64,000 bases of DNA, taken from positions 2,418,001 through 2,482,000 of the forward strand of contig JBHGNT010000012.1 of the NCBI GenBank assembly GCA_043228905.1, given 5' to 3'. Of the stretch, positions 26,501 to 39,200 are shown piece after piece. The translations under genes were made by a program, and so were the position numbers. The first letter of the stretch is position 1. Each line of letters begins with the position of its first letter. The notes below the pieces were generated by a model that had not been told where the DNA came from, did not search any database, and worked only from the letters and a program-made list of their open reading frames with translations. This stretch comes from Azolla caroliniana. Taxonomy: Eukaryota > Plantae > Polypodiophyta.

Positions 26501-26589
26501 AGATTGACCCATCTGTAATATTCGTCATCTTCGACAACACAAAATGAGCCCAAGAATATTATAGAACCATTCCTTTTAAATTTACATAA

Positions 26590-27095
26590 TAAGAATGATT
26601 TAATTTACTAAAAATAATAATTAATTCACTAAAATATTAATTAATTGATTAATAATTAATTATTTTACTAACAAAATTATTTAATTCATTAATAATAAAT
26701 TAACTAGGGTTCCTAATTTAAAGCCAAAATTAGGGTTTTAGGAATTAAAATATTAATTAATTCACTAATAATGAATTAATTTACTAAAACGTTAATTAAT
26801 TCACGAATAAGTAAGTAATTAGGGTTCCTAATTTCAGCCTAGATTAAGGTTTTAGGAATTAAAATATTAATTGATTCAAGAATAATGAATTAATTTACTA
26901 AAACATTAATTAATTCATGAATAATGAATTAATTAGGGTTCCTAATTTCAACCAAATTTAGGGTTTCAGCAAAACCCTAAGTTTGGAATCTGAGAACAAT
27001 ATGTAGGTGTCACTCAAAGGACGAGGGGGAGGTGACGATGCAGGTTGAGAAGAAGAAATACGGTCGAAATTAGGGTTTTTAGTCAAACCCTAATT
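26590..27095. repeat. AT-rich ~115-bp tandem repeat (about 3 units) with TTAGGGTT/AAACCCTAA motifs
   Basis: tagggttcctaattt at ~26705, 26820 and 26934; aaaccctaa at ~26972 and ~27085. Confidence 0.8.
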
Positions 27096-28170
27096 TGCAG
27101 GTTGAGAATAGGATGCAAGGGGAGACAAGGGTGTAAGCATCACATACAAGATGTAGGATGCGGAAAAACGTTTTTTTTTCTAAAAAAAAGTTTAAAAAAA
27201 TAAAAAAAACCAATATTGTTACTTGTATTTGTATTCGGATTTGTATGCATTCATGGGGCCTCATTCGTGGGGGAGGTCCCACGAATGCGAATATGTCAAT
27301 GTATGTATGTATGTACGTACACACGTATGTATGTATTTGACATGTATTATATGTATTTAAAGTATTCTGCACATAGTCTACATACGGAACATATTGTGGT
27401 GTGCATGTGTTCCTTTGTGCCACCCTTTTAGCACACCCTTTTTAGCATGCATGTACCTAAGCCAACCCAAATGGGTAACTTTGTATCAACTATAAATTGA
27501 GCAAGAAGTAAGAACCTAAGTAGGCTGGTTTTGATCTCTTATGTGCACTTCACAATATTTATCTATAGAATATGTATTCTAAGTATTAAAAAAAAGGGTA
27601 GAATATTTTTAGAATACTTAGCATATGTAATCTATGCGCATTGAGAGTTTTTAAAAAGAAACCCTTGATAAGGTTGCAATGGGAAATTTGGTGGCAAGAT
27701 CCATTTGACCGTGCGGAAAAAAGGTGTGGTTTTTTTCAGTACTTAGTTAAGATTGGACGACACATTTTGGTAGCTCAACACAAGCCTACACCACGAGCTA
27801 GTCAATCTTGAACCCATCAAGGGGTCACATCCGAATTCTAGCAAAGTTTTGGAGGACATTATGGGAAAGCAAACAATATATGAAAATAAATGTCTTCCAA
27901 TGGCTAGTAATACATAGAGCATTATCGGTTGGCCCATGGCTACAACAATCAGTTGGACCAACTTGCATGCATCAATTGTAGTTGCCAGATGGAGACATTG
28001 AAACTTAACTTGGCACGTGATTGGTGTTAAGAGAGAGAGAGAGCCCAGATGAATGTAGATCATTTGGTAAGGTTGCCCAATGGAGACCAGGTGGTCATGG
28101 GTTTAACCCCCTACATTCCACAATGGCATCTAGCAAAATAAGAGATATCTATGGAGTAATAGAGAGGTGA

Positions 28171-28238
28171 GAAAATTGGGTTTTGAACCCAAGATGTAGT
28201 GCTAGTAGTGTAAACGACTTACCACTAGGGTAAGCTAA
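28171..28238 (-). mobile_element. tRNA-derived (SINE-like) head, copy 1
   Basis: The - strand reads TAGCTTACCCTAGTGGTAAG...TCTTGGGTTCAAAACCCAATTTTC; a near-identical motif pair occurs at 52091-52156. Confidence 0.55.
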
Positions 28239-28254
28239 TTACGATAAAAGACAA

Positions 28255-28677
28255 GGATTGAGATTGAATTGAGATTGTTCTGCTTTAGCCTAGATCAAGA
28301 AAGTGATGAAGAAGTAGCCTAAGCCAAAAGATTGACCTTTATACCTGCCTTACATTTAAGTGATTGACCGTGTCCCCTCACAATCTAGACACCCAAGACT
28401 CTTTCCTAGATTCTACATGCTCTCTCTCCCATATATTGTGCTAGGATGTGTAGGTGGTGAAGCATGGATTGAGATTCAGATTGAGATTTGTTCTGCTTTA
28501 GCCTAGATCGAGAAAGTGATGAAGAAGTAGCGTAAGCCAAACGATTGGCCTTTATACCTCCCTTACATTTAAGTGATTGTGCTCCCTCACATTCTAGACA
28601 CCCAAGACTCTTTCCTAGATTCTACATGCTCTCTCTCCCATATATTGTGCTAGGACGTGTAGGTGGTGAAGCATGGT
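28255..28677 (+). repeat. ~210-bp direct tandem duplication
   Basis: gattgagatt..gttctgctttagcctagatc..ggtggtgaagcatgg occurs twice, near-identical (28255-28467, 28467-28677). Confidence 0.9.
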
Positions 28678-31111
28678 GTAAGCACTTAACGTCACCCTTA
28701 GCCTAATGAGTGCACACTTCTAGGTGCACCACTTCATGCATATTAGGTGTGGTGGAGTTGAGAAACGATGAGGGATGGGAAAAAGGTGCCGGACATGGAA
28801 ATGACGTCCATTGATGGTGTGGAATGTTGAGGGTAAGCAAGGCCACTTCTTGAATTAGTGTGGTGGTTTTGAAAAACTTCTTGAGGTTGTGAAAAGATGG
28901 GTAAACCTCACATCAACCATTACCTCAAGTCTTATTGCGTAAGGTGAGTTAAAGATGATTATCCACATTTGGAGACTGAGCGTTTTTCATCAAGGGATAC
29001 TCATTGATGTCAAAGGAGAAGTCCTAGTGGCATTAATTATATTTGTGGGAGCGTTGGTGTTCAAAAGGGGGTCTGTCAAGGGAAGGCCGAGTAGGGAGAA
29101 GATGTGATTGGTGGCTTGGATGTCAAGGGTAAGGGTGTTGATATATTTCTTTGGATAATGTATTTGTGACTTGGACCATCCTTGCACCAATTATGTGAGT
29201 GCGATGGGGTCACTCCTTTCTTGTGAAACATACAATAGTGAGTGACTAGGTGGTGTATATGGGGTGGCAAGTTGTTGTTATCTTCAATTTTTGTATTGTT
29301 GTTACCTTCTGAATTTGGGTCATTGGAGTTGTCATCCGAGTGATTGTTTGTTGTGCCATTTTTGCAATGTCTTATTGCTTTAGAAGGCTTCTTCCAAAGA
29401 GATGTTCTGTAAAGGCGAATGTTTTGTGTTATACTCGAGAAACTCTAGGATGATGACATCGTTGAGTGTGACCAACCAATTCAAATTGCAATTGTTAATG
29501 ATTGCAAGTGTAATTTTGTAACTTGGAAATATGTTGACCAATGGTCTACATCTTGCATCAATTAAATGCATTGGGATCCAGACTTGAATTCCTTTTAGTT
29601 GAGTTGATGGAGTTATTAGGAGGGAAAGAGGCACGTGTTCTTTTCTACAACATGGGTGGATCAATGCGGGACATTTGCTCTTTGCTAGAAAACGAGTGTG
29701 CATGGTGAGGTGAACACACACAATTTGCTAGAGTACATGAGTCATGCACACATTATCTTTTCTTGACCACATTTGTGATGTGTTGTTGACACACATTCTT
29801 TGTTAGAGCATGTGATTGAGAGGAAAACATGGGTCCTTTGCTAGAAGAATTATCTCATGTGTGGACACTGGATATAGAATCTTTGCGACAACAGTGTGTC
29901 GAGCACATGCTTACTCATAAGGGAGGGTTGGTATTTCTCGTCTGACTTCTAACGTTGAAGAACAAGTTATCTTAGTACTCCCTAACTTTCTTAAGAAATG
30001 TAAAACTCAAATTTACCTTTATCGAATGTCATATTTACTTTATATTATAGATTGTGCCTTTGGCTTTTGAAGTCTAATCTCCAATTATGGGACACTAAAG
30101 GTCAACGGTTTCGTCCCATTTTTAAAACGAAATAGTAAGGTGTTAATATAAAAATCAAATAAGTATTGTCTAAATACTAGATAACAATAAGCTTTTTGCA
30201 ACAATAAATCTTAATAGCAAGGCTTGCACAAATTTCATTTGTTTTATTCTCTAATATGGTTCAGTTTATACAATGTGTCAACTACTCTTAAGAGTTCATG
30301 ACACTTGCTAGGTTCATGCCAACACCATCTATAACAATGTGATAAGCATAAAATGAAAACAAACTGAACATTGATTGCAACCCTTCAATGGGGTTCAAAT
30401 CTCCCCACCATCAAATTCTCTTTTTCAGCTCCATATCATATCCATTTTGCCAAACAACTCATTTAAGAATTTCCCCCCAAATCCTGATTACACTCGGCGA
30501 GACAGAGAATATGGCAAGAGATAATACATGCAGTAGTGTTGGGCACTTGGCGATATATTAGCTTGGATTACACTTATAAATTACAATACTTTTGAGGAGA
30601 TATTGGTAGAATTACAATCCCCATATCTCCTAATAGTTTTGGGAATTCCTCAATGATCAAAATATACTTTCAATCCAGGGTTTGCATTCATAATTCATGA
30701 GACCAAAGAACCCATTCATATGATCCCATGCATAGCCACTTCAAAAGAAGGCACAATCCTTAGCACACATGAATGATGCACCTGAGTGAATCGATATTAT
30801 TGATACCATCGACCAAGGTTTTACTTGGAAGGAAAAGACGAAGAAAAGGAACCAAGATTATGATTATATGCAATGAGGCTGCTCGCTTAGGCTATGCTTT
30901 GGGGGGTGTGTATGCTCACACCTGTTTGAGACATACGAATTCCATGAAGTTTTGAACGCTTGACTCGAGCTTTTCCATTCGAAGTTGATCAAGCCTAACT
31001 TTATTAGTCAAACAATATATAATCAATTTGATAAAACTTATCCTCATTTCCCAGAGAATTAGAGCACACAAGAAGGAGAGAGACAAAGAGATAGATCCAT
31101 GGAGACAGAGA

Positions 31112-33958
31112 TCAAATAGGTAGCCGTGGGGGTATTGCTTCCGAAATACTGGAGGAGGAACTAGTGGTTCTTTGTTGCCCTCCTTTGAATCCAAATAGCT
31201 TACCCCCTGAGAAGGATCGCCTAACCACTCGAGTACATCGAAGTGAATGTGCCATCCGAGCCATGAAAGGGTCCGACGATCCGAGGGTCTTCATTTCATC
31301 CTCATAATTACTATTGAAGCTTTTAGACTTATAATCATCTCTCATGATGCTCGCTGCAGCAGCATCATCATTGTGAATGGCATCACTGGGTCTGACTGAA
31401 ATCGGTATACATGATGGTATCAATGATGATGAGGATGGTATCAATGATGATGAGGATGGTACCAATGATGATGAGGATGGTATCAATGATGATGAGGATG
31501 GTACCAATGATGATGATGATGGTACCAATGATGATGATGATGATGATACCAATGATGATGATGATGATGGTACCAATGATGATGATGATGATGATGTGAT
31601 TAACTTCTTAATGTCCACTGTGGTATGAAGCCGATCTTGTCTTCCGTGAGTTTGTACATTCAGATATCCATTGTGCCCAATGTGAAAGCTTAATGACCTC
31701 GATCTTCTGATTACTCCTCTTTCGGCATCATCTTCTCCGCAATTGTGATCTTCATCATGATGGCTACCAGCAAAGCGTGACATTGATGCTCGACTAGCCG
31801 AGAAGCAACGTAATTCTAACCCTTGCTGCAATACATTATTATACTGTTCCAGTTGATCCGCTGCCATGGGAAGATCTCGATTATCTTTCATGTTATAAGA
31901 AGAATCTGTTATCTTCTGCTCATGGTTTAGAGGCCGCAGCCTTACAAGCTGCTGCCCATCATCAACATCCTCGGCTTCTCCTTCATCTGAATGAATTAGG
32001 AAAAACATTATACATCTAATTTGAAGCATTCGAATATGATTTACAACTTATACATGAAGATTAGATTTCAATACTGGTATGACTAGGCAAAACCAATTCA
32101 ACAAAAAAAACATAAAATCTAGACATGCCCACTTTCAATCTTTGCAATGTTTTGTCAATGAACAAAAGATCCAGCATTTGCTGCCTAGCCTACTCAAGCA
32201 GAAGTTTAAATTCAATTGAAATGGTCTTTCTTCACTGCATAGATTAAAATTCAATGTTTACTTCCTAATCAAAAGAATATGAACCTTTGTCAATTAGAAG
32301 CCTATATTTAAATTAGCCCACCATTAATGGCATGGACTCAACTTGATATCCACGAGGAAGATGAAATCAATATCTGTTGCATCAACAGCTTAATCTGGAG
32401 TTGGTAAAGTTAGCTGGTATTTGAAAGAATTCTTATTGATGCATTAACACAGAATGAGATTAGGGCTCTTAATAATTTTTGTTGTCTTCATCAACAACAT
32501 CCGCTTCGTCATCATCATCATTTAAAGCCCATGGCACAAACCTTGTGGAAAGGATCCTATATGGCACAACATATGTAGGGGTTTTGAGCACAAATTCTCA
32601 CCACATAATCAATGTGTCAGATGTGTGAATTTTGCACACAAACCCTCTATGGATGATAATAGCAATATGAGTTTTCATACTTTTTAAACATAGCATGAGA
32701 TGATGATAATTTGTAACATGGCACCATAGCCTTGAGACAGAGCACAAAATCAAAGCCAAGTAGGTACTTAACAACCATCCAAGTTAAACAAAATTAATTA
32801 ACAACAATCAAAGAAGTTAAAGCAACTAGAAAATAACAACACAACTGATTTAACAACAACGAAATCAAAAGAGTGAAGGTAAATAATGAGGAGGGAGTAA
32901 TGAAGAGTCTTGCCTATGATGTGTAGGGGCTCAAGATGAGGATTAGGGGATGAATGAGGGGTCGAGGCGGAAGCGGGATCATGGACGGGATCTTGTTGCT
33001 CGAGAGGAGGAAGAATCTCGGAATCATCCGCAGAACTCTCAGGATTGGTGAGCACATGCGTTCGACAGACGGGGCAATTCGGGTGAGAATGAAGCCACAT
33101 ATATATACAGCCGAAATGGAAGCCGTGGCCACATCGTGGGAGCACACGAACCATCTCTCCATCTTCAAATTCACACAAGCAGATTGCACAATCGCTCGAT
33201 CCGCATACCACGATCTGGTTATCACATACCTGAAGAGACTGTCTTTCGTCGGAGCTCAGTATCATAGACTTATCTTCTTCAGCAGTATCTACTGCCAAGG
33301 TGTCCATAGCTACTTTACCTCCTTCATCATCTACTGGCAAGGTCTTCATAGCTAGTTTACCTTCTTTATCATCTGTTAGTGAGGTCTCCATAGCTAATTT
33401 ACCTTCTTCATTTATTAATGAAGTTTCCACAACTGTTTTTCCTTCTTCATCTATGTAGCTTAATCTCATACCTATACAAGCCTTTGGTGGAATTTGATCC
33501 GGTGGCTTTCCTTGCATTTTCCTGCTTAGATCTTTAGCCATGGATTTGGATATTGAATCTTCATCAGATGATGATGGTGATGATGATGCCTTTCTATACT
33601 CTATCACTGGAAGTTTTTCTATCTCACCATCGCTAAGCCCTCTCTGTGGAAAACTTGGCCAAACAATCTGTTCTCCATTGTTTGCCATATCCAACAGGAG
33701 ATCATTGATGTTCGCATTTCTTCGCATCTGTCTGCTCCGACCAAAGAACCCATGGCCGCGCCTCGAAGTGCAGAACTTGGCAACCATGGTGTAATAGCTA
33801 ACAAGCAAGAAAGCCGCGCCTAGAATTCCTATCACTGCAATCACTGCAGGGGAGAAGGTGCTGTTGGATGTGGGCGACTTGTCATGGCTGTTCGACCTAG
33901 TTGTGGATAGGTTGGTCTGAGCAGCGATGGAAGAGGCATACAGAAATGGAGAAGACAT
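31112..33958 (-). CDS. ATL-family RING-H2 E3 ubiquitin ligase; exons 33958-32914 and 31986-31112 with a probable GC-AG intron
   Basis: TM helix [19 protein letters not shown]; GLD-like [16 protein letters not shown]; RING-H2 [42 protein letters not shown]; C-terminal RRSRSLS and RRSFSGG motifs. Donor AG|GCAAG and acceptor TTCAG| are both phase 1. Confidence 0.88.
31410..31597 (-). repeat. Coding tandem repeat (SSSSL[V/I]P)n in ATL exon 2
   Basis: About 8 units of gatgatga(g/t)gatggta(t/c)caat. Confidence 0.9.
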
Positions 33959-34114
33959 TGAAATTCGTCTCAATTTGATGAAGCTCTGGCCAGAGGGTGG
34001 GGGTAAGGGAAACACTCGAATTGAGCCTCTGCAAGTTAGCAGATCATATCGATTTCCTTCTTCAGTGATCACTACTACTGCAACTACCCTCTTCTCTTTC
34101 TTTCTGGTTTCAGT

Positions 34115-34164
<50 letters not shown>

Positions 34165-34953
34165 AGCTATGGAAGCTGCGAACAGAGAAACAGGAGGAGG
34201 AACAGAGCTTCCATGTGCTGCCACGAAATTACATACACAAAAAATGTCAAAGACGAAGAACGTTCTTCTTCTTCTTCTTCTTCTTCTTCTTCTGAATATA
34301 GTTTGTTTTTCTTTCCTTATTTGTGTACCTATTTATGAGAAATTGTATAAATAGCCCCACTCCTTCAAATGGAGAGGCTTTTGCTTTTGCTTGACCCAAT
34401 CCCTTGCTTTCCTTGTGAGAAAACAGAACACAAATTTACGAGTGATAAAAGAATCGGAAAGTCACTGCCCCCCGAGGCAACGCGCATGTTCCCCGATCTG
34501 CTCCCCGAACCACGACATTGCATGGAAAGATTCGCGTCAATCACTACTGCAAGAGAGAATTGCCCGGCACTTGCCCAGAGTGCTCGGCATCGGGGAAACG
34601 ACATTATTCGCTCGGCCTGAACACAGTTTGGGAAGAGTACAATACAATTGCATCAATCACTGCCACCAAAGAGAATTGCTTGGCACTTGCCAAAGTGCTC
34701 AACATCAGGACAAACATTTGCTCGACATCGGCAAAAGACATTATTCGTTTGGCATGAATCACATTCTACGAAGAGCACGATACAATGATGATCTCCCTTG
34801 ATGGAATATGGTTGATGTTAGATAAACATTCTAACATTGCATGGTAGAAAACAAAGCAATAGAGTGTGGGCATGGTGAGATAACCCAATGCAATGGAGAT
34901 TTCACGACAACTGTAGATAAAGATTGACCGTGTGTGACAAGCATAGTGAGTGT

Positions 34954-35015
<62 letters not shown>

Positions 35016-35020
<5 letters not shown>

Positions 35021-36209
35021 TACCATGGAGAAAGAAGGCGTTGAATTATGTTTTGCAACCTCTTCGATATTTGTTGTGGAAGAAGAGGGATAAGATGGGA
35101 ATCACATGGATTGCTTGGAATCATCTAGCAACCCCTAAGCGATTGGGGGGGTTGGAATATTGAACTTATCTATGCATATGATGGCTCGTAGATTTTCATT
35201 ATTACAAGACATGTGTTCAAACTCATAACCATGGATAACCATTGTTCGATATTTCATTGAGAACAAGGGTTTAACACATGGGAGGACAACGATTAAGGCT
35301 TCATGGTGGCAATTACTGAATGGATGTATTTCACTTAGGATTCAGGGTTCTTCATGTGTTCAACACTTAGTTACCTCATGGCAAGAAGCACTCTTGTTAT
35401 GTGTATGGAAACCATAATCTAGTAGAGAGCATTTTAACTCTTTGCAAAAAGAGTTACTTGTGTCTTCTTGGTTATTATGTTGGCTAGGAAAGGAGAGATT
35501 GTGTTCTCAATTTAATCGTTTGTTTCGTTTGGGGGTCAAAGAGGTGGGAGATATAGTTGAGGTTCCATCTCAAAGAATTCTGGAGTTTACTGAAGCACGA
35601 CAATTATTACGCATCCTGCCTAATTATGGGTTTATTTGGCAACAACTACAGAATATTGCATTGATGCAAGGTCCCTTACCTCTACAAACAGGAGAACAAC
35701 CGTGGATTGATTGGAGTTTAAGGGGTCAAACACCATTGTTACAAGTGACTACTAATCTTTTGTATCATTGTTCCGTTGAGTCTCTTGGATGGAGTTACAT
35801 TTCTCAAATTTGGCAAGTTTTATCACGGAGTTATTTGACACCTAGACAATGGGTGTTTGCACAATTTACACAGGCTGACCCAAAATTAGAGATGGAGATT
35901 GTTTTCCTATTTCTGAGATATTGGGGATTGCGTCATAATTGGAACATGCGCAACGCTTTTGTATTCGATGGTAGACATGGAGTGAAAGCATATCTACGAA
36001 AGTTGAAGGGAGTACTAATGTGGCAATTTTCTTTATTGGAACAAGTGGAAATTCTTTCCTCGGTGGAGTGTTCGTCTTGCCTATTGGCAATTCAACATGT
36101 TCCACTACCCATGTAATGTAGTGTGGTTAGTGTGTGACCATACTCCATTGTCACACGTATTGTAAGTAATGTTTTTCACACACATTTATTAATATAATTG
36201 TGTGTTTTC

Positions 36210-36213
<4 letters not shown>
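35016..36213 (+). mobile_element. Decayed, 5'-truncated L1 LINE fragment flanked on both sides by (GA)n
   Basis: WKKRDKMGITWIAWNHLATPKRLGGL (plant L1 post-RT motif); YWGLRHNWNMRNAFVFDG C-terminal motif; (GA)n at 34957-35015 and 36213-36252. Confidence 0.8.
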
Positions 36214-36257
<44 letters not shown>

Positions 36258-39200
36258 ACGATGTGATGGCTTTGCCATTCGATAAAGATTTACATTGTGC
36301 GATAGACCCCAAAGAGTGTGAGCAAAGTGACGCAGACACACTACAATGAAGTTGTCAAAATACAATTATGATTGACATCACATAGATGTTACCATTGTTT
36401 AACAAATATCTAGAAGAAGACAACACGATGTAATAGGTAGTTTGTTAATTCTTAATATTGCTAAGTCGCCATTCGAAGCATAACATTGAGATTGACTTAT
36501 TGCACCCATGTTACCAGAAGTCAAAGAAAAACATTATATTCCTTTATTATTAGCATTGCCTTTAAAAGGGCCATGTTTATTGTCTAAGAACGTTATGCAT
36601 TATAGCATTGCCTCTACAATGCAATGCTAAAGTGTGCACTACTTGTAATGATATTCGTTTTAGGAGCAACTAATTGTTAGTGTGCATGTTCTTGTGCTAA
36701 AACTTCGAGCAATAATGAACACAACATCAAACTCATTGCTCAAGACGCATGAGCATGAAATTTGGCCTACAAAGGATTCATGAATCTATTAGATATTTTG
36801 TGAGGAGTTCTAAAGTCTGTGATATAGTGTAAAAAGTTAATGCTTTCACAGTGTCCATTGCCACATAATGCTTCATTATTGTTATAAGAGGGTGTGTGAA
36901 AATACATAGAGCCCTTCTAACCTTTGGGATATCGAAAATTTTAATTCATTGTCACAAACTTTTTTCGATACCATTCTATCGAGTTTCTACATCATGTACG
37001 AAATAATAAAAGTATGGGAATCTAGCATATAAAACTTAAATATGTTAGTGAAATTTTAGTCCTCCTTATAAATATACATATGTAACCGACAAGTTCAAAC
37101 ATTCGACCGACATTTTCATGAATGATGCCATATTTTTCCATGTTATTGATTTATATATGTATTTTTTTAGCGAAATTTCCATAAGTGGTCCCACCACGAA
37201 ATTGTGCCAAAATATTTATATATATATTTGTTCCACTCACAAGAGGCAACGTGAATGATATATCCCTCTAACCTCCCATAATGGTAATTAATTTGACTCA
37301 CGAGAGGTTTTTAAAATTGAAGAATGAGATGATGCTCGCACGATTGTAAATTTGTATCTGATAGATAGAGATGAATGATTAGTAAATTTATGAATCTTCT
37401 TGAGTTTTGCTCGTAGCATGAAGTGTGACTTTTGTACAAGAAGACATCATATTTATTGATTTTCAACTAGCAGGCATTTTATATTTGCTAACTTATTTTC
37501 TTGTGTAGTACTAATTTTTGTAAAACACTTACAAAAGTGTTTAGCGAATATATTGCTCGACCTCCCAAAATATTGTATCTTTAATCAATTAGATTTGCAA
37601 AGGCTTTTGTAAAACCAAACATTCCATGCATGGAAAACGCGGATTCATGGACTAATTTTTTTTAGTGTGTTGATGACATTTGATTTGATGAATAAGGTAA
37701 AGACTTGTAAGTCATAGAGTCATATTGAGTTTGTCAAGAAATTAGTGCTCTGAGTATAAGTCAAGTGCAAGGCTTGACTTAATTGGCATTGTTGTTGAAT
37801 ATCATTGCACTCTATAGAGGCACAACTTAGAGAAGCCAAACTTGCAAAAATCTTGTAAGGCCTACTACATTTATGGGTGAAAAAACCTGGTGTGGTTTTG
37901 TTTTCGTTGAACAACAATGTAAAAATGTTACATTTGTTTCAACCAAATAAATTTGGGATTCTTCATTCATAATAGATCAATACATTTATATGACTTTTAA
38001 AGATAAGAGGCAATGTGCCACATTGTCCCATGCAAGTAATGTATAGTTGGTTTACTTATTTGTTCATGTTTTTTCAAGGAAATCTTCACAAACGCGCCTA
38101 CATACATGGCCTACTTCTCCAAAGCAAAGTTTTTTAATTATTTGGGTTCAAAAAGGTTTTGAAAAGCAAATAAAGAGCAAGACATTGTGTGCAAAGAATA
38201 GTGTGATGCATTGCCTCTTGTTTGTGGACAACATATAAGATAGGGAGAAGAATTAATGGTTTCATCTAACCTTCTTGAGCTCATCATGGAAGTTGTGTTC
38301 ACAATTGTGTTGTGAAACACAAACATGAAGATCCTAGTTTGTCGATATGTGGTGCTACCTTGAGATGACATTAAAAGTACATCCCAATACAAATGTTCCT
38401 TCTTGCATATGAGCACTTCGAGAAGCAAAAACTAAGATTAGTGGGAGAGACTCACACATTACATACTCGATCAAGTGGGTAATCATTTCGCCATTACCGA
38501 ACCCACCCATCTTCCCATGAAAATAATTATTATAACATGAAGTGCACGTAATTGGATAAAAAATAGCAAACATATAAGTCAATTTCTTCTTAACTTGATA
38601 TGTTTTTTGCAAAGTGGAATAGATGTTAGCTTGGTACTAGTAGAGCCAATCCCATTCTCACTAATATTGCGTCAAAACAAGAAAACAATATAAGAAAAAG
38701 AAAGAGAAAATCAAGAAGGAATGAGATAGATTAAGAGTGTTGAAGAGATAGACAAGCTAATGTAGGTTGAGTAACTTTATTAAGAAAAAAGGTAATTGTA
38801 ACTAGATACAACTTGAGAGCTGAAAATTGGTGTTGAACCTTGAACCAAAATGCTTGATTTGTATTATAAACATCTTTAAATGGGTTTCACTCTGAAATGC
38901 ATGCAGGAAAATCAGTGCACATGCATGAATTATGCTTGGTGCGCACGCATGATGAGTATGGAATGAATAAAAGTTATTGTCAAAATGTATGCATGTATAG
39001 GCTCGTCTCTATGTACAACCAAATATTAAGTAGGGCTAGCAGGGTGATATGTGCAATGGACAATTTAATGCATGCTTTGCGAGTTGTGTTAAAATTTGCA
39101 CCATCGAATCAAAGTAGACCTGAAAAAGTGCAATTCGTAGTCTAGTCATTTGTAACCCAGTTAATATTTTCTAACCCCATGATCTTCTAACATAATAACC

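Noticed and set aside
26089-26553. Cys/Val/Met-rich ORFs
   Set aside because: TATG/TG microsatellite artefacts.
28700-30000. Decayed gag-like region (VWIP motif on the - strand)
   Set aside because: Too degenerate to assign a family or boundaries.
31377-31628. Poly-Asp and poly-Met plus-strand ORFs
   Set aside because: Antisense of the Ser-rich repeat in ATL exon 2.
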